64,000 bases of DNA from Phyllobates terribilis. Lineage: Eukaryota. Below the pieces are notes generated by a model, which saw nothing but the letters and a program-made list of their open reading frames with translations, had not been told where the DNA came from and searched no databases. The stretch is from positions 327,856,001-327,920,000 of the forward strand of contig NW_027362768.1 of assembly GCF_046119375.1 (NCBI RefSeq). The letters are read 5' to 3'. The translations under genes were made by a program, and so were the position numbers. The stretch's first letter is position 1; each line of letters opens with the position of its first letter. Shown in pieces: positions 13,427-26,614 of this stretch.

Positions 13427-14196
13427 TATAATACGCAGGGGAATGTTGTTACTGTCACATGCTGTGTTTCACTTTTGCCCAGATTTTCCCTATTATGCCA
13501 GTAGGGTTGGGTACGTTGACAAATGTTTGGCGACTTCTTCAGTTCATACCGTGTCACTGCACTTCTCATTAGATGCCATTTCTATTCACTCTCCTTTTCA
13601 CAATGCTCATCATGTAAACCTAGAAAGATATCAGTTCTGAGCAGACAGCACGGCTTTCTGGCTGAGGAGAGATGTGCTGACAGTTTGATGGTCTGGAAAT
13701 GATGCAGTCCCCATGATGCTGTCGGCCTGTCCAGCTCTGATAAGCTGCGCAGGGTATTCAGTGCAGGGTTTTGTTCTCGTGTCCTTCGGCTATGCCAGCT
13801 CATTATTACAAAGCAGATGTTCCCCTATTCATACATTCCATTAAAAATGAACCATTGCGTCTGTGATGAGTCCGACGCGCAGAACAATACTCCAGATAAT
13901 GTTGTGTTACAGGTCTGGAAATATTTTTTTTACTTTATGTATAGGTTTTATCTAGAAATTACACAATTAAGATCATCTCACAAAGATAATTTGGCATATG
14001 GGCATCAAAAAGACTTCCCTGAATAAGATATAGGGGAGAGCTGTAAATAATAGCAGCTTATATTTTGGCAGACCCATCCTGCCAATGTATCACATGGGTG
14101 ACCGCTGCCACTGAACGGCTCAGCAGAACTTCTCCTGGCGTCAATAGCTAATTCCTGGTATATGATATCAATGGCATATACCTTTTAGTGTAGTCA

Positions 14197-16388
14197 GCGC
14201 CCTACTAAAACTGTGCCCCCCCCCCCCCGAGCGCCCTACTAAAACTGTGCCCCCCCCGAGCGCCCTACTAAAACTGTGCCCCCCCCCCCCCGAGCGCCCT
14301 ACTAAAACGGTGCCCCCCCCCCCCAAGGGCCCTACTAAAACTGTGCCCCCCCCCCAAGGGCCCTACTAAAACTGTGTCCCCCGAGGGCTCCGCTAAAACA
14401 GTGTCCCGCTAAAACTGTGTCGTCGTCCCCAACCCCCCCGAGGGACCCGCTAAAACTGTGTCCCCCCCCCCCCCGGCCCCGCTAAAACTGTGTCATCGTC
14501 CCCCCAGAGGGCCCTGCTAAAACTGTGTGCCCCCCCCCCGAGGGCCCCGCTAAAACTGTGTCCCCCTGAGGGTCCCGCTAAAACTGTGTCCCCCTGAGGG
14601 TCCCGCTAAAACTGTGTCCCCCTGAGGGTCCCGCTAAAACTGTGTCCCCCTGAGGGTCCCGCTAAAACTGTGTCCCCCTGAGGGTCCCGCTAAAACTGTG
14701 TCCCCCTGAGGGTCCCGCTAAAACTGTGTCCCCCTGAGGGTCCCGCTAAAACTGTGTCCCCCCCCAAACTGTGTCGTCGTCCCCCACCCCCCCGAGGGCC
14801 CCGCTAAAACTGTGTCCCCCCCCGGCCCCGCTAAAACTGTGTCGTCGTCACCCCAGAGGGCCCCGCTAAAACTGTGTGGTCCCCCCGAGGGCCCCGCTAA
14901 AGCTGTGTCCCCCCCCTCCGAGGGCCCCGCTAAAGCTGTGTCCCCCCCCTCCGAGGGCCCCGCTAAAACTGTGTCCCCCCCCCCCTCGGGCCCCGCTAAA
15001 ACTGTGTCCCCCCCCCCCCTCCGAGGGCCCCGCTAAAACTGTGTCCCCCCCCTCCGAGGGCCCCGCTAAAACTGTGTGCCCCCCCCCTCCGAGGGCCCCG
15101 CTAAAACTGTGCCCCCCCCCCTCCGAGGGCCCCGCTAAAACTGTGTCCCCCCCCTGAGGGCCCCGCTAAAACTGTGTCCCCCCCCTGAGGGCCCCGCTAA
15201 AACTGTGTCCCCCTGAGGGTCCCGCTAAAACTGTGTCCCCCTGAGGGTCCCGCTAAAACTGTGTCCCCCTGAGGGTCCCGCTAAAACTGTGTCCCCCTGA
15301 GGGTCCCGCTAAAACTGTGTCCCCCTGAGGGTCCCGCTAAAACTGTGTCCCCCTGAGGGTCCCGCTAAAACTGTGTCCCCCTGAGGGTCCCGCTAAAACT
15401 GTGTCCCCCTGAGGGTCCCGCTAAAACTGTGTCGTCGTCCCCCACCCCCCCGAGGGCCCCGCTAAAACTGTGTCCCCCTGAGGGTCCCGCTAAAACTGTG
15501 TCGTCGTCCCCCACCCCCCTGAGGGCCCCGCTAAAACTGTGTCGTCGTCCCCCACCCCCCCGAGGGCCCCGCTAAAACTGTGTCGTCCCCCCCCCCGGCC
15601 CCGCTAAAACTGTGTGCCCCCCCCCCGAGGGCCCCGCTAAAACTGTGTCGTCCCCCCCGAGGGCCCCGCTAAAACTGTGTCGTCCGCCCCGAGGGCCCCG
15701 CTAAAACTGTGTCCCCCCGAGGGTCCCGCTAAAACTGTGTCCCCCCGAGGGTCCCGCTAAAACTGTGTCCCCCCGAGGGTCCCGCTAAAACTGTGTCCCC
15801 CCGAGGGTCCCGCTAAAACTGTGTCCCCCCGAGGGTCCCGCTAAAACTGTGTCCCCCCGAGGGTCCCGCTAAAACTGTGTCCCCCCGAGGGTCCCGCTAA
15901 AACTGTGTCCCCCCGAGGGTCCCGCTAAAACTGTGTCCCCCCGAGGGTCCCGCTAAAACTGTGTCCCCCCGAGGGTCCCGCTAAAACTGTGTCCCCCCGA
16001 GGGTCCCGCTAAAACTGTGTCCCCCCGAGGGTCCCGCTAAAACTGTGTCCCCCCGAGGGTCCCGCTAAAACTGTGTCCCCCCGAGGGTCCCGCTAAAACT
16101 GTGTCCGTCCCCCCCCCCGAGGGTCCCGCTAAAACTGTGTCCGTCCCCCCCCCCGAGGGTCCCGCTAAAACTGTGTCCGTCCCCCCCCCGAGGGTCCCGC
16201 TAAAACTGTGTCCCCCCGAGGGTCCCGCTAAAACTGTGTCCGTCCCCCCCCCGAGGGTCCCGCTAAAACTGTGTCCGTCCCCCCCCCGAGGGTCCCGCTA
16301 AAACTGTGTCCGTCCCCCCCCCGAGGGTCCCGCTAAAACTGTGTGTGTGTCCCCCCCCGAGGGCCCCGCTAAAACTGTGTCGCCCCCT
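14197..16388. repeat. 28-bp C-rich minisatellite, about 2.2 kb, in FLNB intron
   Basis: CCCGCTAAAACTGTGTCCCCC(C/T)GAGGGT; 28-bp spacing checked at 15725, 15753, 15781. Confidence 0.95.
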
Positions 16389-17038
16389 TTAAAAATTAAT
16401 AATGCCAACTTTGTTTCACCTCCTGCAAAAAAAATAGTTTGTCGCCCAAATTAAGGGCACATAGTCTATCCCTGTGCACAGATTGGGCTGGCAAAGATGT
16501 CGCAATGAAGTGACGTCATTACCGGAGATCAAGGACACCTGGATAGATGTCCAAACATGCCCTGCCCTGGATTTTTGCTCTAGTGACTCCATTTTTTAGG
16601 GATGGAAAATTAAAAAAAAAAATTTTTTACCCCTAAGAAAATTGCACTCAGGGCAATTGCCCATGTGCCCCCCATCTCTACTCTACACCCCTGATGAGTC
16701 TAACGGTGCACTATCACCATTACATGAACAGATTTGACCTAAACACCATCTGTATCTGATGACCTCTATAAACTGGTAATGAACAGCAGTGCCAGACCTT
16801 CTACATGTTGGGGACCGGCCGCACCCTACTGACCCCATATACTCATGGGATTCCTCAGGTCTCCATCATGGACCCAGCATTTTACAGTACAAAATAGCAC
16901 TTTATCTGATATTTTTGTTCGGATCTTCGATTGAGGCTCTGAGTTATGATGTTTCTGTACAGGACTTCATCCTACGCCAGGATATCATCTTCTGTGTAGT
17001 GTGACGTCTCCTAATATTAAAGCATCTTTCTTTGGCAG

Positions 17039-17257
17039 GTAAACAGTCCGAATTCACAATCAACACCACTAAAGCAGGACCTGGGGCTCTGTCTGTCACC
17101 ATCGAAGGTCCCTCAAAGGTGACCATGGAATGTAAAGAGTGTCCAGAAGGCTACAGAGTGCTGTATACACCGATGGCACCAGGAAACTACACCATTGGGG
17201 TGAAATATGGAGGCCCCAATCACATCCTCGGCAGCCCATTCAAAGCGAAAGTTACAG
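17039..17257 (+). CDS. FLNB: Filamin B coding exon
   Basis: ggcag|GT..ACAG|gtgat, 219 nt; [36 protein letters not shown]. Confidence 0.95.
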
Positions 17258-18281
17258 GTGATTATTCTGTTGTGTCTTGGTTTAAATTGGGGATCAGTCT
17301 GTTCCCGAATTTAGCTACTTTCTCTGATTACATCAAGAGAGTAATTCCAATATGAAAGCAGAAAGAAACTATGAATAATAATGGTTCAACGGGGTGCAAA
17401 GGGCCCACCAGAAATATTGACTCTGGTGGCCCACTGTTCAGCTACATGAAAATATTATATTACCCTCATTTACAAATTTACTTACGGTATATTAATTAAT
17501 AATGCACTAGATAATTTGAATGAATCATGAAATGCTGTTTTTGTCTGTACACAGTGAATCAAATGTATTGGGCCAAATACTGCTCATGTTGGGGCGTAAG
17601 TGGCTGATTCTTGCAGAGGGGCCCACCGGGGAATTCCCCTGTTCTCCTGTGGGCCAGTCCAAGCCTGTCCTTGGGAATAACCAAAGTGGTTTTCCTTTAT
17701 ATTCAAACTGAGAACGTGGATGACTAAGTCTACTATACATGTGGATTAGGTTGTACCCAGTTGTACAATACTTGCTTAAAGGGGATCTGACAGTTGCTGT
17801 ATATCAGTATTTTCTTTTTACCTGGTGTAAATGTCACCGTTCTCCTGAATCTGGAGCTGTTTTTCTTTCGTTCCTGCGCCTCTCCGTTCCTGAGATAATG
17901 GCCCCCTGTTCCAACTGGGAGGGGGTCATCAACTCTTCTCTATGGGAGTCTTCGTGAGGACCAAGCCCAAATTAGAAGAGGGCAAAAAAACATGAACGGA
18001 GCAGAACAAAAGAAAAACAATACCAAATTTTTACACCAGCTAAATAAAAAATACATATTTATGCAAAGTGACAGGTCCAGTATAATGGTTATATTCACCA
18101 ATGAATGTATATATAATTTTTTACATTTATATATAGATATAAAGTACATAAAAAGTTGTGCATCTTTGGTAAATACTTAGTTACCGATTTAAAGCCAGCA
18201 TTATAATCCAGAGCTGCATTCATGATTCTGCTGCTTACTTTTGGAAACTGTTGAGAAACCTGTCGACAGGCACATCCCTGA

Positions 18282-18787
18282 GGCTATGTTCACACGCTGC
18301 ATTTTTGCAGCGTTTTTTTTTTTCTGCAGCCAACACCTGCCGTCTCGGCTGCGTTTTTTTTTTTTATTTTAAATGTGTTTTTTTTTTTGCGTTCTGAAAA
18401 TCCTATATGCTGCATTTTTGCACTTTTTCATTGCTTTTTATGGGTGACAAAATGCTGCAGAAATGCTGAAAGAATTCACATGCTGCAGATTTCTAAAATG
18501 TTGCAGTTCTTAAATTCACTCCTTATTTGCATTAAAAAATGCTGCTTGTGAACATAGTTCAAGGTCCGTACTACAGTAGAGTGGGAATTTTTTTTTTTCT
18601 TCTTATATCAGATTACCGTACGGAAAAAAAACTCTGCAAGAGAATTTGAGAGATTTCAGCTCTGAAGTCTGTAGAATTGTTAATTGTGGACTAAAATGCG
18701 AACTAAGTTTGCTTTTTGAACGGAGCGTTTTTGCCGCCAAGAGAGCAGTTTTTGGCTGCAGAAAAAAATTTGAGTGTGAACGTAGCC
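18282..18787. mobile_element. Harbinger/Tourist-like MITE (possibly composite)
   Basis: GGCTATGTTCACAC..GTGTGAACGTAGCC inverted termini. Confidence 0.55.
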
Positions 18788-19130
18788 ATAGGGTTTCAAG
18801 GCTGCTTAAAAATGTGCTGGAAAATTCTGTAATGGAGCTGTGAATACGTTTGTTATTTAGGTCCTTTACCCCCTTTATGGCACGAAGGGAAGGAGGTGCA
18901 AAGTGTTTCGCTTCAGGAAGGTAATCCAGAACTAGGATCGGTGTTGTAAAAAGTGTTAATCCGTCTTCCGTGTCGCTGTAATGTCAGAATATACATTCCC
19001 CAGTGTGACCGTCTAACCAGTGCTGCCAATAAGCCTGTGCCCTGTACATTGTCATGTGGTTAACACACAGGAGTATCCATCTTTGCTGTACAGACACTTC
19101 GATTTTATGTTTTACAGTCTCTTGATTTAA

Positions 19131-19477
19131 AGGGGTATTCCCATCTCCCAGATTCTAATAGATGTGCTAGTAATAATAATATTAGAAAATACCTTCAATT
19201 AGAAATTTAGTATAGTTCTTCTGATTCGCTATGTCTCTTACCCCATGTGTAGGGCTTTGCAGTAGCTTAGGGTATCCATGGTTTCGTCCACTAACTGTCA
19301 CTATTTGAGACTTCGTAACCATGGATACCTAAGCTACTGCAATGCCCTGCACATGGGGTAAGTGACATAGCGAATCAGAAGAACTATTATACATTTCTAA
19401 TTGAAAGTATTTGTTATTATTATTATTATTACACCTACTACATATTGGGATAGGATCTTGCAGATGGGAATACCCCT
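19131..19477. mobile_element. T2/Kolobok-type MITE
   Basis: TTAA|AGGGGTATTCCCATCT..AGATGGGAATACCCCT|TTAA; near-perfect palindrome. Confidence 0.85.
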
Positions 19478-19545
19478 TTAATCGTTTCATGTATCTTCAT
19501 TTTTCCCCTTATGACGTGTCCTAACGGTACAATCTGGTCCCTTAG

Positions 19546-19749
19546 GTCAGCGGCTGGTCAGCGTTGGCGGTGTCAGCGAGACGTCCTCTATAATAGTGCA
19601 GTCTGTGACTCGTGCATCCACAGAGACCGTATATAGCGCACTGCCCAGGTTTGCGTCAGACGCTAGCAAAGTCACGTCCAAAGGAGCGGGTCTGTCAAAA
19701 GCGTACCTGGGACAGAAGAGCAGCTTCACTGTGGACTGCAGCAAAGCAG
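19546..19749 (+). CDS. FLNB: Filamin B coding exon (hinge 2 and start of repeat 24)
   Basis: cttag|GT..GCAG|gtacg, 204 nt; QRLVSVGGVSETSSIIVQSVTRASTETVYSALPRFASDASKVTSKGAGLSKA. Confidence 0.93.
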
Positions 19750-20361
19750 GTACGAGTCTGCACATATTTTTATCCTTGGGAATCCCATAGTGGTGTAACT
19801 TGGAACTCGTTGGGCCCGATGCAAAATCTCCAACTTTCGTAGGTCTGTGTATATTATTCTTGGACTTTTTGCCCCCTCCCTACCACACTAGTCTGCAACC
19901 CCTGCACCCACTATAGTTGCATCCCTGAACTGGATCCTAAAAATCTCCCAAATCCATTCCCTGTACAGATACTTTCCAGATTTGTTAAACCCAAAGTGAA
20001 AAAACAAAATTAGTATCTTGATGTGGAATTTGCCGGTGACTAGATCAACACTCATCTGCAGCAAATCGGCCGCTGGGGAACATGTCCTCCTGTCATATTC
20101 AGGAGGACAATGGCGTCTTGAGCTAAGTTCACACGTCCAGTAATCATCCATTTAAAAAGGATCCAGTAAGCAAAAAAAAGATCAATTTCAGAGTTCTTGT
20201 CCTCTTCCTCTCTGAAGAGACAATTTGCATATTTAATTTCCCAGAGGAGCATGCATGGCTTATAAGTCTCCTCCCTCTGACATGCCAGGCTTGGGTTGTC
20301 ACTCTCCACAAGGAGAAACGTTAACCCTTAGACCCCAGTCAAGAGTTTCTCACTTTAAAAA

Positions 20362-20434
20362 AATCAGATCTCATACTTTGCACTGATGAGGAACAACACC
20401 CCGAAACACCTGTCTGCAAATTGAGATTCTGGTT
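20362..20434 (+). ncRNA. Type I hammerhead-ribozyme-like motif (Penelope/retrozyme type), degenerate
   Basis: TTTGCA-CTGATGA-stem II-GAAAC-ACCT-GTC-TGCAAA; stem I extends ATCTCA/TGAGAT; stem II only 2 bp. Confidence 0.65.
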
Positions 20435-21235
20435 TGGCTTACATACCATAGCAATGGGATAGGTTATCAATATGAGATTCGTGGGGATCGAACACCAGAC
20501 ACCCCCACTGATCAGCTGATGGGAGATAAACTGCAGTACTCAGCCACTAAACAACGTAGTGATCGATCTGCGCTCTTCCACCCAATACACTGCTTACATC
20601 CGGCTGATATCTGCCGAGTAGTTGGGGGTGCTGAGTGTTGGACGCTTGCTGATCTTTATCAACATATAAATCCTGGACAACCCCATTAACTGCATTCATG
20701 TGTCTCTATGCATGATACAATTCTTCTACTTGCTTGATGTCCATTGAGGAGATCATGACTTTTTGGGCAGAGCCATGGTCCTTACTGATGGGAGCACCAA
20801 ATGTTGTCCCGCTCCCTCTACTTCAACCGATGGCAGAGCGAGCCCACAGAAAGTGACCTCGTGGCCTAGTTTCATTTGTTGGGTCATTTTATTTGGGTGC
20901 TCTGGTTCACCACAAGGTACAGGGAACCCTCCAACCTAAGGGTATGTGCCTTTTTGCTAAGGTTTTGGAGCAAAAAGAAATTTTTGAGGAGTTTTAATGG
21001 AGGATTTGGAGAATTCACGCTCAGTTTCTGCTCCACAAAGCTCCTAAAAACATAAATCAATAAATAAAAATCATTGTGCATATACCCTTAGATAGACCAT
21101 GGCCAATTTTAGCTTGGCAAGAACAGGCAATTGGAGAGATCAAATATATTCCCAAAATTGGTATTAATGACTTCCATTATGGTCAGTTTTCACCATTTGA
21201 ACCTAAACTTCATCTGTACCTTTTTTCTCTCCCAG

Positions 21236-21423
21236 GTTCTAACATGTTACTAGTTGGTGTACATGGGCCGACAATACCCTGCGAGGAAGTCTCTGTAAAA
21301 CATCTCGGAAATAAGCAATATAATGTCAATTACCACGTCAAGGAGAAAGGAGATTACACCCTGGTGGTAAAATGGGGAGAGGAACACATCCCCGGCAGTC
21401 CCTTCCGTGTCACCGTCCCATAA
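21236..21423 (+). CDS. FLNB: Filamin B last coding exon (dimerisation repeat 24), stop TAA
   Basis: cccag|GT; GSNMLLVGVHGPTIPCEEVSVKHLGNKQYNV..KWGEEHIPGSPFRVTVP*; closer to FLNB C-terminus than to FLNA or FLNC. Confidence 0.95.
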
Positions 21424-23209
21424 AATGTATAGAACCTTCTGCAACAAAAAGAAAAGATCTTTATTATTTGGAGCAGATTGTATCAAGAGGAAAAAAAACA
21501 AAAACATTCAACGTAATTTTATATGTGACTTTTTTATGCTAGAGAATTGAAAAAAATTTATGTATGTTTTAGATGTCCATTTTGGTAATTTAATAGCAAA
21601 ATCTCTACGGCTGGAAGGGCTTATTTATACTTGATATTGCTTAACTTCTCGGATGCCAACTTTGTCCTGATCAATCTGATTAATCGCGTAAGAAGGGGAC
21701 CAATGACATTGTCTAAAGGATCGATATGAAATAAAACTGGAAAGATTTCCTCACTATTAGATTTGTAACGGAACTACTGATAATCCCAATTTGTAGTCCT
21801 CAGTTCGATCTGGGAAAGTAGTGAGAATTCTGGTACTTTGTTTTTTAGGTTAGCGCCTATCGCTCACTGTCTAGTCATCGGGATATTATATAAAAAAAAA
21901 AAATCACACTCACTACCACTGAAGTTTCTTGATAACACAAAATTATATTCCAGATTAATCTCTACTGTTTACACTTTACAGGAATGTATATCTTTGTTCT
22001 TGAACTAAAAACAACAATTTACTTTCATCACTTTTTATTAAAATAGAATAAATCAGCACTTAAATAAGAAATGCTCATACATATGTCTGTTATACGGCTC
22101 CATACAGGCTCCAAGATGTACTGAACCATAATATTGTGCCCGTAGATGTCTATGGGGCCATAACATATATCCCTTTCTCCTATGTCATATGTGGCATGCT
22201 CCATCTTAATGCAATATTTTTTTCTAGGAGAGAAGATCTCTTTAATACTGTCCTTTTATAGGGTCAACATTTGTCCGTCTAACAATATAGTCTATGTATT
22301 TACAACCCTGCGTGTGCAGCATCTCAGTGGTGTTTTGAGGGTTTGTGGGGTTTTTTTTTTTTTCAAAATGCTATTTTTGTCCTGTAAGCTTTTCTGTAGC
22401 ATATTAAAAAAAAAAAAAATACAAAAGTAGTAACATAAAAAACACCACCAAAAAACATTTGTAAAAAACCTGAGTTTCAAGTAGTTTTTTAATGGATTTT
22501 TTTGAAGACACTGAAAAAAAAAGTGGGCATCAAGAAATATATTGACCTAATGTAGAATAAAAAATATGGCCGTGTGAAAATACCCATTGATTGAAATAAA
22601 ATTATTTGATGAAACACCTCAAACACTTCCAAATTAAATAGTTACCTCAATACCATATTGCCTGTGATGCTTGATTTATTTAGTTTTTTTGTAGTATTAA
22701 AAGATCATGTTGATGACTGTTTGTATCAAGCAAAGCAATTTCTTCTACATGTCTTACTGCATATAGCGATCTCTTGAATTCACTAATTGTATATCAGATA
22801 TGGCCACCTCATAATGAGATTTTTTTAATTGTCACTGAGGGGCTTAAATCATGTTTTTAGGCTATGCTATAAACTATTTTGATGGCTGAAAAGTGGAGAA
22901 AACTATGTTAACCTAATCACTAAACTAAAATATCAAAAACACTAGTTTGTAATATGATTATTCTAAGTATAAAGTGGCTGCACCATTTATTTGTACAAAT
23001 AGAAAGAAAAACTAGGTTACTTTAGGTGCTTGCATTCTGTGGGTGCCCATGGCGGTTCCTAAATATTTAATTCATGTAGCCAAACAGCACAAGATCACAC
23101 AGTAAACTTTTTCATAGGAGGTTTACAGTGGTAAAAAAACAAGTCATTTTATAACTAAATGTATTTTGTTTTCTATATGAAATGTCGTTTTAACTAAATG
23201 TTTCCATGT

Positions 23210-23215
23210 AATAAA
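23210..23215 (+). terminator. Candidate FLNB poly(A) signal AATAAA (other candidates at 21730 and 22047)
   Basis: AATAAA at the end of AT-rich 3' UTR-like sequence; which site is used cannot be determined here. Confidence 0.4.
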
Positions 23216-23639
23216 CTTTTCTAGAAAATTCTGTACGTTTTAAAATACTATTTTGGAAATTCTATCAAGCAGAACCAGATATCAGAAGCTTTTTACTGTG
23301 CATTGTGCCTCACTGTGAAACTCACTACTTTGTACACCTCAAACAGAGAAACCAATAAACTGGAATAAATTGTTTAGTATCTGATGCCAAATGCTTGGTT
23401 GTATGTTTTTGTTTGACAATTAAACTGTGTGTGTTTAACAGAACGATCCATGGTAGCACAAAAGAAAGCTTTTTAAGGGAAATTCCAGTGAAACACAGAT
23501 TTTTCATTGTTTGCTATTAGGGCATTTTTGAGGAAGTTTTTCTCATGTGGTTTCCGATCCATGGATAAGTGAATACAAGAGAGAAGTTTTATTCTTCCCT
23601 TTATACATTCCCCTTTTTTGTTTACTACTGTATTTGGCT

Positions 23640-24420
23640 CTAAAAAAAAATGCATCAAAAACTGCATGTTTGATTTGAGCCCTACGAGACTGTCTTAGCC
23701 AGGTTTTCCTCGAGTCCATAAGAGCCAATGCCTGTCAGTGCTATCACAGTGGACATTACTATGATTGTTTTTCCAGAAGGGCATTGTTCACAATGAAGTG
23801 GTCATCCGTGTGGGATGTGGCCAAAGGACGTCCATGTCTCTGCCTTTCTATGACTCTTCCAGAATATCTGCATTTCTGATGACTCTGTGACTCTCTAAGC
23901 TCAGTGGCCACTTCCGTCTGAGAACATCCTGCCTGAAGCCTCGCAATGGCTGGTACTGGGGATCAATTCTTAGGTGTCGTCTTGGTCTCACGATGTCAAA
24001 ATGTGAACAGCATGATGAGGAGGACTGTTTAATACTAGTGTTGAGCGAGTATGTTCAGTTAACCCTTTCGTTGAGTATGCTCGGGTGAGCACCGAGTAGT
24101 TACAGCGTGCTCGGTGTTGTGTAAATCACTCCCGTGTGCATGATTTGCGACTGTTTGACAGCTTTATTACATGTGAGGAATGTCTGCTTCTTACAGATTC
24201 CTCACATGTATTAAAGCTGTCAAACAGTCGCAAATCATGCATACGGGAATGATTTAAACATAACACCGAGCAGCTGTAACTACTCGGTGCTCGCCCGAGC
24301 ATGCTCGGCGAAAGGGTTAACAGAACTTACTTGCTCAACACTATTTAATACCAATTCTAATTGAGCCACAAAATGTATTGAGTGATTCAGGGATCAAACA
24401 CCTGTTGTGAATTTTGCCAT
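23640..24420 (-). mobile_element. Degenerate Tc1 5' portion (HTH region), interrupted by a hAT MITE
   Basis: from 23991: RPRRHL..IARLQAGCSQTEVATELR..GRPLATSHTDDHFIV; boundaries approximate. Confidence 0.7.
24036..24343. mobile_element. hAT-type palindromic MITE
   Basis: TAGTGTTGAGCG..GCTCAACACTA termini; perfect 8-bp TSD TTTAATAC. Confidence 0.85.
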
Positions 24421-25308
24421 AAAAGGAAACCCGTCAGGTCCCTCATACCCCCAGGACCACCAGCAGTTAGGCAGGGTCTTTATGTATGTAGACCTAACAG
24501 TCCCTGTATTACATTACACACACAAATAGAGCTTTAGAAAAAGTATTTCTAAAGTCAGTTTATGATACGTAAATGAAGCCTTTGACTAGTGGAGGGGGCG
24601 TTAGTATCCCCAGACTAGTCAGCCCACTTAGCATGACCGGAAGTGCAGAAGACTTCCGATTTAAAAAAAAAAAAAAAAGTGATTGCACTCAGACCATTGT
24701 TACTGTATACTATGGGACAGTGCAGATCTGTGTATCTTTTCTCAGCTTTTCTCGACGTGAGAAAAAAAATTGCGGTATGCTGTGATTTCACTCCGAAATC
24801 TGATGGGTGCGAGAAAAAAATCGGATGCCATGTGGACTATGAGTGGCATCTGTTTTTATGGATACATTGCAATTCTGTAACATGGGAAACTGTAAATTGT
24901 CTTGTTTGATATAATTTTTTATTTTAACATTTAAAATACATTCACCCAACCGGATTCCAAAGCCTGGAACTAAATAAGGTTCTCGGAAAAAGAAAAAAAA
25001 CATGACTGGCATAATACACTAATAATAACCCATAGAGCCAAAAAAAGGAAAATGGATGAATACTAACTACCCTTAGTGTGATATCAGATGAAAGAGTTGT
25101 TAGAGGTGCAATGCACAAGTATACAAAACTATCCTAAATTCAGTATAAAAAAAAAAAACTTAAGTGAGCAATAACACTGATCAATAAAGGACCATGTGCA
25201 TAGTCTCCATAGTCCTCGTTGCAAATTGGCTGAAGGTGGAAGGAGCCCACCACTATTGACATGTGGTGCCTTCCTCAGGGATGAAGGATTTTCTTTTTTT
25301 AAACTGAA

Positions 25309-25708
25309 AGGAACCTGTCACCTTACCGAAAGTAGAAAATGAACTTATTTCAGCAATGGGGGTGTACACGGAGCGATTACAGTCCACGCTCACGGCTCCA
25401 CCAACTATACTGTGTGCAGTGACTGTAAGCACGACCCGGCACTTTAACTGACAGCCTGCTCTGAGCAGATACACTGCAGAGCTGGCTGTCAATCAAAGTG
25501 CTTACAGTCACTGCTTACAGTATAGTTAGCGGAGCCGTGAGCGTGGACTGTTATCGCTCCGTGTACACCCCCATTGCTGAAATAAGTTCATTTTCGACTG
25601 GTAGCCGCATTTTCAGTATGGTGGTCAGGCAGAATTGGAATGCAATTTGCCTACAAATTAACCCAATATCTGCAGGTAAATAGTATTTTACAAGATGACC
25701 AGTTCCCT
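25309..25708. mobile_element. T2/Kolobok-type MITE
   Basis: AGGAACCTGTCA..TGACCAGTTCCCT|TTAA with internal inverted repeat. Confidence 0.7.
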
Positions 25709-26614
25709 TTAATGTGAGTTTCATATAATGGTGTATTACACCTCTTTTTCTTTTTATTCATCTGATATCGCACTATAGGTAGTTTTATAGTCCTTTTCAT
25801 TTTGTCTACTCTATATGTATTTGGCTTAATTGATTGTTATGCCAGTAATGATTTTTGAGGGGGGATTGACATTTTGTGCACTTTAATATTTTTAATTTAA
25901 TTTTTTTTTTTGCAATAATAAAGAATTATTTAGTTAAACTTTCAGAAGTGCAACCAATTTTTTTTTTGTACTTGTTTATCCTCTTTGTCTTTGGATGGTA
26001 TATGCCTTTCATGCACATTGATTTACACCATAATTATACTGCTGCTGCCCAATCTTTTGGGTATTCGGCTTAAAAAGTTTTGACAATTTTAGGAAATAAT
26101 ATTGGTCTTAAAAAGTAAGCCAATCAAGAGGTGGCATAAAGAAGAGAAAAGTGGCTGTCTAAATTTGACCATAGTAATGAATCTTCCAATGTAATTCATA
26201 AATTTGGCCTAGGGGTATCATGCAGTACAACCTTTACTTTAATATATTTTGTAGGTCTTTTTAATTGTGCTTCTAATTAGATGAAAGGAACAATATAAAA
26301 ATATTAGAAAAGTTAACTGTAACTTGGAATTTGCTACTTGTTCTTCGAGACCCTTTGAGCCGTCCACTCATTAGTATTGGAATTCTTGTACTTCTTCATT
26401 ATTCATGTCTTGTTTTTTGAGTTGCCGTGTTCATTGCTTGTTCACACAACCCCTCCCTGCCCAGTCCCTCTGTAGGACTGTCTCCCTGGAGATGTCAGTA
26501 AACTCTGACTGAGCCACTGATCACATTTCCCAGGCCTGGCTGCTGGTGTCCTCCTCTTATTGGATCTTCTCCACGGCCCTTCGTAAAAACCTGATTACTT
26601 AATAACTCCTCAAC

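Noticed and set aside
14812-16301. Pro-rich ORFs (PPEGPAKTVS..)
   Set aside because: Translations of the 28-bp minisatellite in an FLNB intron
16691-16720. Other CTGATGAG occurrences (16691, about 35107, about 50635) as hammerheads
   Set aside because: No downstream GAAA, stem III or complementary stem I
257-21423. Assignment as FLNA or FLNC
   Set aside because: C-terminus GSNMLL..GEEHIPGSPF.VTVP, the hinge 2 sequence and convergent DNASE1L3 all fit FLNB
26421-26434. RFX X-box upstream of the SPMIP1-like gene
   Set aside because: Only a GTTGCC half-site; the second half does not match the consensus
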